Shown: piece after piece, positions 38,629 to 51,950 of the stretch | Numbering within the stretch: position 1 is the stretch's first letter | How the letters are laid out: every line of letters starts with the position of its first letter | From: Podarcis melisellensis | Taxonomy: Eukaryota | Strand: one strand, 5' to 3' | Length of the DNA stretch: 64,000 bases | Assembly (NCBI GenBank): GCA_964234715.1 | Contig: OZ174283.1 | Notes under the pieces: model-generated | The model's database searches: none | Told to the model about the DNA's origin: nothing | Seen by the model: the letters and a program-made list of their open reading frames with translations, nothing else | Made by a program: the position numbers and the translations under genes

Positions 38629-39631
38629 TCAGGTAAATCATCAAGATGCAATCATATGAAAACATCCACCAGGTTTATGGGATGCCACCAAAGCACATGT
38701 GAACGTGAGGCATCACAACTGTTCATCAGCTTTAGAAATCAATTAAAATCCTTAATTCATACAGAGCTGCTGCTCCCTGACTCCCTGGAGAGTTGCTTTC
38801 CAGGCTTGAGAAGAGTCAGCTACATGTACCATTTCTCTGACTCTGTAGAGGAGCTGTTTCACATGTTACAGGGAAAAAATAGACCCTAGCATTCCCAGAA
38901 CCTTATTAACATTTGAAGACAAGACAGGCATATACAAATGTATAGGAAACTTGTACTTGACTAGAGTTGACCTAGACTAGAGTTGACTAGACCTAGAGTT
39001 GTGACACTCATATTCCTAGCACACATGCATGTGGCCTGCAAAAAAGAATAGTTTCCTGAAATATGTTTCGCTCAGCTCTTATAATATATGTCAGGTGGTC
39101 TACAGGATACCTATATATTCCATACTCAGCATGATTGTTTCTGCATGTGCAATTTTTGGCATGTTCATGTTTGTTATTTATCATTCCTTCTTGGCAAGGA
39201 TCTGTTTGTTTGGGCCCAATCCAGCCACTTAGGTACAGTTGCATGCTTACAACACTCTCCTCCAAAGAGCTGCCTATTTGTGTATGCCTGGAATGTCAAC
39301 CAAAGGGAAAGAGATCAGTGGCAATCAGCTCCCATTCACAAGGGTATGTGGGAAGAGAGTGAGGAGGATACAAAGGGAGACTAGATCATGTTGCAAGTTG
39401 TGCAGCATTAATCGTAGCAGTACCATCTGACCAAATAGCAATTTACCATTCTGAAATGTTGTGCTACTTGTGTCATTAATTTCCTCTGAATTATTATTAA
39501 TAATAAAATAATAATTTATATCTTGCCCATCTGGCTGGGTTTCTCCAGCTACTCTGGGTGGCTTATAACATATATAAAAACACAACAAAACATCAAACAT
39601 TTAAAAACGAAATATCCTACACAAGCAACAA

Positions 39632-39972
39632 GGTTAAGGTATAGGTAAAGGGACCCCTGACCATTAGGTCCAGTCGTGGCCGACTCTGGGGTTGCGGCGC
39701 TCATCTCGCTTTATTGGCCGAGGGAGCCGGCTAGCATGACTAAGCTGCTACAGGCGAACCAGAGCAGCGCACAGAAACGCCGTTTACCTTCCCACTAGAG
39801 TGGTACCTATTTATCTACTTGCACTTTGACATGTTTGAAACTGCTAGGTTGTCAGGAGCAGGGACCGAGCAACAGGAGCTCACTCCGTCGCTGGGATTCA
39901 AAATGCCAATCTTCTGATTGGCAAGTCCTAGGCCCTGTGGTTTAACCCACAGCGCCACCCACGTCCCTTGTC
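39632..39972 (-). mobile_element. Sauria SINE in a GASK1B intron
   Basis: 13-bp TSD acacaagcaacaa (39619-39631, 39973-39985); internal deletion relative to the other copies. Confidence 0.92.
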
Positions 39973-41700
39973 ACACAAGCAACAAACAAACCAATAAATC
40001 AATAAATCAATAGAAACCAACAACAACAATAAACAGTTTAGTTATACCCAAATTAAAATATGCGCCAACCCCAACTAAACATTTAACCAACACAACCCAA
40101 CAAAAATAAAACAGAGGAACCAAAATCAGAACAGTTTAAAACATTTTAGCCAGTTGCCCCAACCCAAGAGTTGTTCCAGCAATCTCCCAGTGGCCTCCTA
40201 GGAGCCTCTTTTAACTCTTCAAGGTGAGTCTGGGCTCTGCCCCCTAAGCCAGGTGGAAATGGGCTTTGCAGCAGGGAGCAGGCCTTTCTTCCAGCACTCG
40301 CTTCCTTAAAGTTCTGTGTGGTAAACTCAGCATGTGCTCTTCCCCAAACATAAATCCATATTCTGTGTCCTTTCATCTTCCTATGGCTGCTTCAGTTTAC
40401 CAACACACTCCAGCTACTATTTCTAAATAATGATAATGGTGCCATGCTTTCTGCTAAGCTGCAGTGTTTACGCTACAGGCCCTAAATTTCAAAGTTAATG
40501 TGGCTTAAATGTGGTTCCCTAGAGAGAAGACCATTTACTATATACTCCATTACTGAGAGAAATATTAATGGTTCCACATGAACACATTGAGACTGCTGCA
40601 GTCTCTATGCTATTCTTGTATGGCTATTGCTATGTTTAGTATCCGTACAATAAATACCATCACTTTCTATTGGGTGCCAAGCATGACATACTCAGGGATA
40701 TACTGAGAGACATTAGACGTGACAATCTATTTTTAGTTTAGAAATCAATGTCCTGTAATAGCCATACCTATAGTGTTTGCATATGAATTACACTTAAATA
40801 CTGTATGTACTACCTACGTGCCATTATGAAAACCGGCGACTCAATGATTTCTGCAATTTACAACTTGTGCAGAAAGCTGAATTGTTTTAGAAATCAAAGG
40901 GCAATTTATACATGTAACTAGAAGTTGCAGACAACCAGAACCTTCTCCTGGATTTGCACCAATGGAATGACTGAAAGCTGCATGTGTAGAAACGGAACTC
41001 TAATAGTGCCCTGTTGCCAGCACCACATGCTCTGGATAGTATATTTATTTAAGAATAACTAACCAAGCCTATTTCATGTTTCTCCTTGTAGTAATAAGTA
41101 ATGATAGAATTAAACATTGCCTCCTATTATATGGGTTGGAGCTATGACTCCACCCTTTAGCTTGTTCTCGTGGTTGCTTTCATTTTCCCATGCAGTTGTG
41201 TGTTAAACTGTTCATCTATAAACAGCCTCCTATTCTGGGCTTACAAAGTGAGGAATCTTACCTTGTAAGAACTTAGATGAATGAGATGAATAAGGTGACT
41301 CCCCTACATGGCTATTATTTGATCAGGGGCAGGGAAGGAGATCCTCTGTGGATCATGGTAAAACTCTGAGAATTTCAAGCTCCAGACAGTTTCATAATGA
41401 TGTGCTTGAACTGCCAAATTTGTAACCTAACATTGCTACTTCTGCCCTAGTCAGGAACACAAAGACTTTGCAGTTCTTAAGAGGAAAGTATTGACACAAA
41501 TGGACCAGAATTTCCTCAGTTACTGGTATTTCTAAAGTCAGTGAGTTATAATGGAAGGGCTAGGACATGTTAACCATTTGCCTTCTGGGTAAGAATTCTC
41601 TATTATACTTAGTTTTGACTTCTAATTTCTGTTACACTTTTGCATTGCAAGTTCCAAATGTGGTTCCTTTACCACTAGAATTTTTTTTATAAATAGTTTA

Positions 41701-42036
<336 letters not shown>

Positions 42037-45000
42037 TCAACCCTTGATCATTCTGTAGGCATTTCATAAAATCACAGTAGTTTTCCACACATGTTTTTTA
42101 AAGAGGTATTTTAAAGATGTGGTAGGATGAATAAGAAATCAGCAATGATTTGACTTCCTTTGGTTAATGTGGTCATACTCCACATGTAAAGGAAGCCACC
42201 ACAGGAAAGGAAGAACCCTGGACATTATAATTATCATCATTGTCTGAGAATAACTGCTGACTTTATGCTACAAACTAATCCATCCTTATGAGAAGATATA
42301 TTAAATAGATTAGAAGTGGTTTGACAGATCAGCAGCTGATGTAAATCTCTGTAGCACATTCAATTTCAACAAAGCAATATTCGTTTATGAGAGCGTCGTC
42401 ATTAAATGATATATGCATGAGCAAGCCATGAATTCCATCTTATAACAAATAGATTTATAGCCTCATCTTTACCACTCTGGGTTTTTTTTTCCCCTCTTTA
42501 GCGATGTATGATTTTGTAACTACAATATCTTAAGAGAGACAGGATGTATAAAATATATGTGGCCGAATCACTCCCAAAGGTAAACCTACAATGAGATTGT
42601 TCAGGCTATCCAAGATAAAAGCTGGGCAACTCTTAGCACATGGCATAGAGTGCTTTCATGCATTCTTGGTGCATGGTGCATATGTTATACAGCACACATT
42701 TGAAAGCATATGTTTTAAAATCTTAGCTCTGCATTTGGAAGCAGAGGTGACTATGCCTAGTTCTCAAGATCATACGAAACATGAAGTGGTGAGTGTCTGT
42801 TTCCCCCCTCCCATAGAATTCAAGAGGTACCCAAGGGCTAGACTGGACATAGTTTGTGACATGATCCCTGACAGTGTTCAGATTAGGATAAGGTTCAAGG
42901 CACTTTTCCCAGGGCAGGACCTGCAGTAACTTCTCCTATGCCCTCCCAACCAAAGGATATGGCCCCTACCTCTTTCCTTGGACTCAGAAAACCATCTTGA
43001 ACAGTTCCTCTGTTTCCTAGAGTCTAGGACACACACCATGCAAAAGTCAAAGGACATAACATCAGGCAAAGGCCCTTTAAGGAAAACAGCTGGCTTCAGA
43101 TGGTGCCCTGTTGGAGCAACATCTTTCATAGCTCAGTTAGCAAGGCCCATTAGGAGCTGTCCAGGGTCCTGATTCTTGCTGACTGGTACCTTGCCCAACT
43201 AGATTTGACCAGCCTTGACCATGCCTGATCTGAACTTCCTGAAAGAAACTTAATTTGATTAGACCTTTCCAACTTCCCACATGAGGATGAAACCCTGAGG
43301 ACAACGGATAAATCTGGTCCAATATAACAGTTTTGTCTTAAAGCAATAAGCCAGCTAGGGAAGCCTCAAGCTGGATTGGAGCTGTGATGTGGGGAGAGGG
43401 AGGATTAAACCCGTTGCCCCCACTGTGGTCCCAGTTGGAACTGGATGCCCGCCACACCATGTTTGCATTTTCTTACTATTGTGAACTGGAAGTGTGGTGC
43501 TGGTGGGCCCAGCCACACAAGAGCAAATGGCATCACAAACACTGAGGCCTTTCTTCCCTGCTGCCCAACCCCACTCTACCTTACATTCTCTCAGTCTCTT
43601 TCTCGAGGCATTTGTCTCTCCCTCCTGCCTACTTCTGCTATGGAAAGGAAGAAAAGCATTTGGAACAAAGGACTATAGGTAGCCAGCTGTGAGAGAAGGA
43701 AAGCATCAGCAAACCTCTCTCCCATTTCACTGTTAAAATGAGTCTTGCCCACCAACTTCCATTTTATATATGATCAGAACAGGGAATACTCCCTGTGAAA
43801 AACATTTCCCTACACAAACAAGCCTAGGTGTGTGGGAGGAGGCTAGGCTGGAAGCTTTCTCTCCAGTTTTCAGGGAGGATTTGTATGTATAGAAGAGAAT
43901 TCTCTCATATTAGCTTACACCAGCTTTCCAAAGTGGTTCAGCCACGGTACAGATTTCTGTTGGTTTATTTTCATTATTACATTTATATCACACCTTTCAC
44001 TTTCCCCCAATCATGATATACAGCTTTCCCCTCCCTAGCGTTTTTCCCCAGCTGGGTCACATCAGGTATATGAATGGGCCTTTGGAATTAGGAGATTAAA
44101 GCAGGGTGGTGAGGAAGGGATTGCTCTGTCTAGTGATCAAAGTACATCCCCGTCTCCTCCCCCACTTTCTAGCCAAACCAGCCAGTATGTCTATAGTCAC
44201 AGGTCATGGGGTGTTTTTCTCCCTGCAAATCAGAGAAGTACATGTCTTCCTTATTCCTCTCCTCTGTACATTGACCCAATCTTGCTTTACAAAAGCACAT
44301 TCCTCATGTGAAGCCCTTCCTGTTTTCCTTTTTACTTGCTTCCTCCCATGGGCTCATGATGGGGAAGGGGGATAGAAGAGAGAGAGACAGAGATACAAAA
44401 GTTTTGTCTTGAACAAATGTGAAAACTTGCCATTTTGAAAGAACAAAATGCAACTAAGGTGAATCAGAGGAAATGTGTGTGATTCACAGGAAACAGACCT
44501 AGCAAACATCAATCATCCCAAACAGTGCTATCTGCAATGTGCCAAAACAGACTCAACTGAAACAAACAGACCTTGTCCAAAGAAATACATCCATGATTCT
44601 TTGTGCTCATGATGTTACCAGCGTAGTCATATGTGATGCTGCTTTCAATACTGCAAAAGTTTTGGTGTAGCCACACTGTTTCATCTCCTATCAGTGCATA
44701 TCCTGCAACTTCTTGCTAAGCACCCCATAACATTTTATACACAAAAATATCCCTTTATTTTTGTCCTGCTTTCATTGCACTACAGTTCCTCTGGGCAGCA
44801 ATAATGAGGCAGCACTGGGGAAGAATTGCAAATGAAAGCAGAATAAATCCACCATTATTTCACTATTATTGTGTCAAGAGCAAGTTGAAGAAGACTCTCA
44901 AAATAAAACACCTGTCTGGAGGGGCCCTAAGTCACAGCTACATTAAAGGATCCCTCAAGTGAACAAGGAATCCCCTCAGCAGAAACGGCAAATATAAATG

Positions 45001-45384
45001 TTTAGCTAAATGACCCAATAGCTCACATAGCAGATCTACCAGCCAGTGTGACTGAAAGGCCATGTCTCTCACCTCAAAGAATGTCATCTATTTTATTTAG
45101 CCTCAGCTGATATAATATAAACCTTGAGCTAGAAGCAGAAGCCATTAAGCTTCCACACACATATACCGGTCCTCACAGCAAGCATGGGGAATGAAAAGGA
45201 AATGGCAACTCTGTGGCCTGCTGTTTTGAGATGCCCCAGGATTGGGTAGGAAAAGCTATTACTGCAGCCATGGGAATGCTTGTTCTGCACTGAACTTGGA
45301 ACCTCTAGCCAACCTCCCATCATCCCACCATTTTGACTCTCCATTTCTATTAGCAAAACCATGCAGCATATGGATCACAGAGCT

Positions 45385-45555
45385 CATAGGAACATAGGAA
45401 GAAGCTGCCTTTTACTGAGTCAGTCATTGATCCACCTAGCTCAGTATTGTCTACGCCAACTAGCAGTGACTCATACAGTGACACGTAGGATTTCTCATCC
45501 CTACCCGATGCCAGGGATTGAAGCTGGGGCCATCTGCACAACAGATGATCTAACT
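45385..45555 (-). mobile_element. Squam3-like tRNA-derived SINE with CR1-type tail
   Basis: cataggaacataggaag tail, gctcagtattgtctac body and antisense B-box-like gggattgaag. A related head fragment lies at about 28480-28530. Confidence 0.6.
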
Positions 45556-45593
45556 CTTGTCCTGTAAGTAGCTAAGCAAGAAAGAAAACTATG

Positions 45594-45654
45594 GAGAGAA
45601 GGAGGGGAGAGAAGGAGGGGAGAGAGAGGGAGAGGGAGAGGGAGAGGGAGAGAG
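45594..45654. repeat. Purine-rich (GGGAGA)n-like repeat
   Basis: Seen directly. Confidence 0.85.
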
Positions 45655-46710
45655 CGCAATGTAGAATCACTAGCTTGGTGATAAACACAGCATTGCTGAC
45701 ATACCAGCTATTTTTACCTAACTTGGTTTCCATCTCCATAGCAACTTAGTGCCTCGCCTACACTAATGTATCCTCCAGATTTCCTAATGTAAGAATTGCA
45801 GTTTTGTTACATTCTGCTACATAGTCAGAACATGAAAAAATCACCTTAGAGAACTCTTGCCTGGCTCTTTTCCCTTAAAGGCTTTAATTCCCTTAAAGGC
45901 TTTTCCCTTAAAGCCATGTTCTCTTCTGCAGGTTCAGTCACCTGGTTCTTCAAACACAAGATTCATTAACCACAGACTATAAAACCTCCAAAGGATTCAG
46001 AACTAAAGTTACTCTCAGAGGTCCATGCATGCACTTGTAAAGGATGGCAATGCATCAGTAAGATTTTGGGAGTGGCCTAAGCAAAGTAAAAAGGCAAGAG
46101 GAACCGAAAAGCCCTTGCCAAAACCCCAGAGTTGCTGCCATAGACATTACCATTGTAAAACTATAACAGTATCCCTCACATCCCCTGTTACGTTCGCAGG
46201 CAGGGAACGACATAAACTGTAGCCTTTCTGTCGCTAGCTATACTGTACATTCAAAAATTACTTCTTCTGTAATAGTAGACCCCCGCCTTCCCTTGCATCT
46301 GGACACATTAAAAAAAATTGCAGCTGAGAAACAGTCACTGATACAGACAACCATCTCCCAGGATATCATTCCTAGACTTGCAAGTCTATGCAAGTACAGA
46401 TGGGGGCATGAATCAAGGGTGCCATATTGACTTCTTTAGTTACTGCAGAGTGTAATACCACTTGCATGGCAAATGTGAATCACAGGATGTTAGCTGCATA
46501 TTCTGGAGCTGGAAAGGGGAAATTCTATGAAGTTCAGACTAACAAACAAAGGGCATGGGAAATCTGTCGTACAAAGCAGGTTTTTCAACTTAAGGAGGAG
46601 TAATATTGTAACCCAGACCTGCACAATATTAAGACCCACCAAACTAAGCACAGCTCATTCGCAATTCATGTATTGTGAAGGTTTATCAGAATCATGGCAG
46701 CTCACAATTT

Positions 46711-47155
46711 GGGATGGGAGAGAGATTCAATCCATTTGCATTTATAGATGAACCTACGTCATCCACACTTTCAAATCAATATGCAAACTGAAACAGCCAT
46801 CTTTGGAAATCAACACATACTGTCTCTGAATTTTGCAATGCAATTCTCGTGCCAAGAAATATGTACAAAATGCAAATGCCAGAGTTAAGTATGCATACAA
46901 AAAGTATGTATTCATGAAAAACAGCATTCAAATATGCACTATATAAGTGAAATTGTTTTGCAAACTTTTGTAGATTAGGCAAAATTGCACACAAAGATGT
47001 GCACTGTATATTGGGAGAAAATTGCATCAAAATACTGATGAATTTTCATGCAGACTTAGTTTTTTAAAAAAATAAATAAATCACAAACTGATGTAGAAAT
47101 ATGGAGTGGGAAAATGAGAAACAGAAATACTGAAATTGACAGATTCACCCATCCC
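46711..47155 (-). mobile_element. Non-autonomous DNA element with gggatggg / cccatccc termini
   Basis: Short TIRs; related fragments at 14380 and 30635. Confidence 0.6.
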
Positions 47156-47253
47156 TTGTCACAATACAAGGCTAGCAGGGCCAGCCCAAGACATGCAGGA
47201 GGGGGGAAATGATCACCGATATGACCTATAGCTTGTACTGTGGGGTACACAAA

Positions 47254-48280
47254 TATAAGAATATAAGAAGAGCCCAGCTGGATCAGGTCAAAAGCCCATA
47301 TAATTCCGAATCCTAGTCAACCAGAGGCCAAGCAGATGCCTAAGGGAAGCTTGCAAGCAGGACTGAGTGCAATAGCATTCTCCCCACTTGTGACTCCCAG
47401 CAATTGTCATTCAGAAACATAATGCCTCTCCTAGTGAAGGGAGAACACAGCCATTGTGGCTAGTAGTCACTGATAGCCCTATCCTCCACTGATTTGTCCA
47501 ATCCACTTTTAAAGCTATCCAAGTTGGTGCCATCGTTACATCTTGTGGATGCAAATTCCACTGTGTTGCTGCGCGGAATGTGAAGCAGTACAGTGGTACC
47601 TCGGGTTAAGTACTTAATTCGTTCCGGAGGTCCGTTCTTAACCTGAAACTGTTCTTAACCTGAAGCACCACTTTAGCTAATGTGGCCTTCTGCTGCCACC
47701 GCGCCGCCGGAGCACGATTTCTGTTCTCATCCTGAAGCAAAGTTCTTAACCTGAGGTACTATTTCTGGGTTAGCGGAGTCTGTAACCTGAAGCGTCTGTA
47801 ACCTGAAGCATATGTAACCTGAGGTACCACTGTACTGCCTCTTGTCTGTCCTGAATCTTCCAACATTCAGCTTCACTGCATGCCCTCAGGGTCTAGTATT
47901 GTGGAAGAGGGAGGGGAAACGTCTCCCTATCCATTTTCTCTACACCATGCGCAACCTTCCACACTTCTATCATTTCCTTCCTTACTTCTTCTTTTTTTCT
48001 GAACTAAAAACCAACAAACATGTGCTGTGACCCAGGAGAAGCCAAGGTGGGACTCTCCAGATATTGTTGGACTCCCAGCCTGCATGATCACTGGTCAGGG
48101 ATGAGGAGAGACTGTCTCCGATAGCATCTAGAGAGTGCCATGTTGGTTACCCCTGTTGTAACCATTCCTCAGAGAGTGGTTCCAGTCCCTTGATCACTTT
48201 GGTTCCTCTCTTTTGAACCTTTTCCAGTTCTACAACATCCTTTTTGAGGTAAAGTGACCAGAATAGTACACACAGTATTA
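47254..48280 (-). mobile_element. CR1 LINE 3' fragment interrupted by two MITEs
   Basis: ataagaatataagaag tail. The antisense ORF2 text resumes after the insertion at 47591-47832 (ctgtcctgaatcttccaacattcagcttc is the reverse complement of the CR1 fragment at about 22170-22200). A second small MITE sits at about 48030-48155. Confidence 0.8.
47591..47832 (+). mobile_element. Tc1/mariner (Tigger/pogo-like) MITE, 242 bp, CpG-intact copy
   Basis: TA TSD, TIRs; nested in CR1. Confidence 0.92.
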
Positions 48281-48428
48281 CAGCACTTAAAAAAACAACA
48301 CATCTACCTCAATCTTCCTTCCTAATGTTTGAAGTATTATAGTATTATAGTATTTTAATATTTTTTTGGAAGCTGCCCAGAGTGGCTGGGGAAGCCCAGC
48401 CAGATGGGTGGGGTATAAATTATTTATT

Positions 48429-48461
<33 letters not shown>

Positions 48462-49246
48462 TATTATTCTTATTATTATTCCTTTGGCCCCTGGTAATTA
48501 CCGTATGTTAAATATCAGGATATGAAAGCAAGCTGTGAACAAATGTGGTTAAATCTGATCCAGGACAGGTTTTCTCCTTGTCCTTTGCCCAAACATTAAT
48601 CATAATGATGACGTCCAATTTTAAGCGGGGGTGGGGGGGACAGCATCATAAACACGTTGCTTGCCGGCTGCTGCTTCTTTTTTTAAAGGCGGCACTCTGA
48701 CTACGCTTATCAGCATGTGGAGATCGCTAGAGTAACATGGTAAATGGAATCAATGGAGCTTTCCCTTCTGTCTGGGCCAAGTTCCCAGCCTCTGTTGGTA
48801 CAAGACCAATTACGGAGTGAGCAAACACAATGAGGCTAAAAGTCAGTCAGATGCTCTTTCATACTAAGTATATTTCAGATGAAGGCAACTCTGAATATGA
48901 GCTCGTTCCTTAGCTAGCATTGCTGCGGTACTTTTGCCAGCAACAACAAGGGTTAAAGTTCTGCTTCTCACTCGTCTACAGAGGACGTGAACAGAGGCAA
49001 TGTTTCTGAGAGCTTAAGATGTTTTGTTAGCCCTCGTCCAACAGGGCTTGTTCACATGTTATGCTGAACACAGATGGAAAGCTGATTCTACACACATACA
49101 AGTGTTTGTGTGACAGAAGGTACATGTGGTAATTTGCAGAGCTCAGTTGCTATGTATGCAGACTGGACAGTCATTGAACATTAACGGGTGGATAACTGTC
49201 CATGAGTACAGCTAAACTAGTAGGTACATAAGATAGTACATTTGTC

Positions 49247-49392
49247 CAGTGGCGTAGCGTGGGGGGTGCAGGTGGGGCCGGCCGCACCGGGCACAACTCT
49301 GGGGGTTAGGGTTAGGGGGCGCAAATCCACGGGTTAGGGGGTGCAAATTACTTGCCTTGCCCCGGGTGCTGACAACCCACACTATGCCACTG
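49247..49392. mobile_element. 146-bp hAT-type MITE containing TTAGGG hexamers
   Basis: TIRs cagtggcgtag / ctatgccactg; perfect 8-bp TSD catttgtc. Confidence 0.9.
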
Positions 49393-51624
49393 CATTTGTC
49401 AAGCGTGATGTGTGAACATCCCTACAGCCAACTCTCTTCACAGGTTCAAAACCCTGCACAGTGCATTTGACTAGAGAGGATCACAAGGCAAGAGGATCTA
49501 GTATGGCAATGAAGGCTGCCATAGTTAATACCTTCCAATCTGAAAGTAATCACAGCTTGGAGCAAAACCTGCTGTTGAGCAAGTGGATGGCTCTTCTACC
49601 CATTAATGGTGGCACTCAATTTCTGCCACTCTCCCTACCCCACAAAGTGCTATATCCCAAACTGTCCCCCCAGAGTTCCCAATTATTAAGGAATGGAATT
49701 CAGGAATAGGGCCACGGGGTACTGCAGAGAAAGAGGAACTTGCTTGTAATTCCTTTGGACCCAAGCTATTAGCTATTCCCAACTCTTGCCACTAGCTGTT
49801 TTTTTCTGACAACATTTGTGTTTCAACACCGCCAAAGAAACCTGCTACTTCACCATTTCAGTGACTTGCTCTGTTTGTGGATAAAGAGACCTTTGCCAAA
49901 TCAAGTCCATGTTGCAAACATAGAGCTATAAATAATAAAATACTCTGCATGTTAGGAATCCGATTGTGCCTTGACATTCCTGTCGTACAGCTTATTTTAT
50001 TATTTGCTTTTAATTCCCCCATGTTAATTCCACTTTTCCGCCCAAGTGGCCCTCAGGATGGCTTCCCTCACATTTACACACACCCCATAGTTTCCCCCAC
50101 ACATCCATCATTTCCCTGATTATTCATTTCACCATTAATAGAAAGCCCTCCTTTAGAGTGGAATATTTTCCTTCCTTACGAATGAGTGGCTCTGCTAAGT
50201 AAAAGCATCAAACCTGAGTGCTGGAATAGACCTGGGGAGAAGCAAGTTCAGACTTCTACTCAGTTTGACACTCCTTAGGTAACCTCTGGACAGCCCCTGT
50301 CTCTCAACCTAATCCAGCACCCACAGGTTGCTGTGAGGAAGCAGCAAGATAAAAGAAAATATATAATATATAAAAACTCCTGCTTTCATATTTCCTCAGG
50401 CTGAGATCCAGAGAACCATGTGACTAGTTCTGTTCATCTAAGGTTTGGACATTTTTATAACAACGAAAACAATTTCCCCCATGCACTCTCTTCTTTTAAA
50501 ATGTAGAGGTTTGGGGGCAGCCAACCAACCAACCAACCAAATAAAGCCCCAAACAGATCTTTGACTCCTGGACCTATTCCACCCAAAGTATACATATATT
50601 AGAAACCTTTATTCTTATCTTTGCCACTGCTCACAATCCAGGCTCAGCAAACACAGATGGCTGAGGAATCGGATCTATGCACTTGCTGAAAGTTTGTCTC
50701 CCTTAATACATACCTATTTGTTCGTCCTCCTCCACTGCCCCACCCCCCTTGGGATGAAGGGCCTTCATTCAGCCAACATCACATGTGAGCTCAGGGACAA
50801 AAGCAGCAAGTTTGCAACTGACATTACGAATTATGGTTTGTTTGCTTTGCAAGTCAGAACTATGGGAGGCTTCCCTCTCTTGCAGCCCCCATGCCTTTAT
50901 AAATTTTGATCTGTCAACAGTAATGAATCTTAGGGGGGGAAGTTGTCAGGAGTCAGCTTTCCCTTCTAATAATGCAGACGTGTCACAGAACAATGTGAAT
51001 TAATTCTCTTGATTTAGAAAGGTTCACAATTCATTTGGGCAACTGCAAACAGAGTGCATTTGGTTAGGCTGTCAAATGTGAAAAGGACTTCAGGCAGGAG
51101 AGGGGTAAGGGGGGAGCAAGGGGGAATGCAAGCGAAAGTTGCTTTATATGAGCTTCCTAAGTGCATCTCTGAAAAAAGGCTTCCACCAAATGAATGACAG
51201 CTTTGAGGAGCTTATTTTGTGAGATGTTAACATGGCAGCAAATTTGTCTTTATATATCACATCAGTGCTGAGGCAGGCTGAAACGGAGACATCGTGTGGA
51301 GATGTCAGCCCCAAAGCTGGATTTCAACAGACAGAGAAAGTCACTGGGTACAAATGTTTCTGTAACCTCACCTGGAAATACATTTGCTGAATAAGAGAGA
51401 ACTGAAGGGTCCAAATGAGAATTTACTGATTATCTCATGTGTTTGATTTTCTTGATTTATATTTACTCATTTGGGGGGGGGGTTGTATATATTGCTTTTC
51501 TATCACAGAGATGTGGAGGTCCAAGAGAGCTTGGTGAATAAAGCTAATTGACAGAAATACGCATACTCAGAAAGAAATCCCATTGAGTTCAGTGAAGCTT
51601 AGCGCCAGACTAAGTGAGTACAGG

Positions 51625-51950
51625 CTAAGGGACGCAGGTGGCTCTGTGGGTAAAACCTCAGCGCCTAGGACTTGCCAATCGTATGGTCGGCGGTTCGAAT
51701 CCCCGCGGCGGGGTGAGCTCCCGTCATTCGGTCCCAGCTCCTGCCCACCGGTACCGCTTTATAGCGGGAAGGTAAACGGCGTTCCCGTGTGCTGCGCTGG
51801 TGCTGGCTCGCCAGAGCAGCTTCATCACGCTAGCCACGTGACCCGGAAGTGTCTCTGGACAGCGCTGGCCCCCAGCCTCTTAAGCGAGATGGGTGTGCAA
51901 CCCCAGAGTCGGTCACGACTGGCCCGTACGGGCAGGGGTACCTTTACCTT
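51625..51950 (+). mobile_element. Sauria SINE, CpG-rich variant
   Basis: B-box ggttcgaatcc, ACCTTT tail, 14-bp TSD taagtgagtacagg (51611-51624, 51951-51964). Confidence 0.92.

Noticed and set aside
38956-39000. Short repeats (gactagagtt) resembling a repeat-spacer array
   Set aside because: Imperfect slippage repeat without unique spacers; there is no CRISPR or prokaryotic system in this vertebrate window.
50980-51430. Possible conserved intronic enhancer
   Set aside because: It looks repeat-free and motif-rich, but conservation cannot be shown without alignment.
51625-51720. tRNA gene (A/B-box-like motifs, ggttcgaatcc)
   Set aside because: It is the tRNA-derived head of a SINE with body, tail and TSD.
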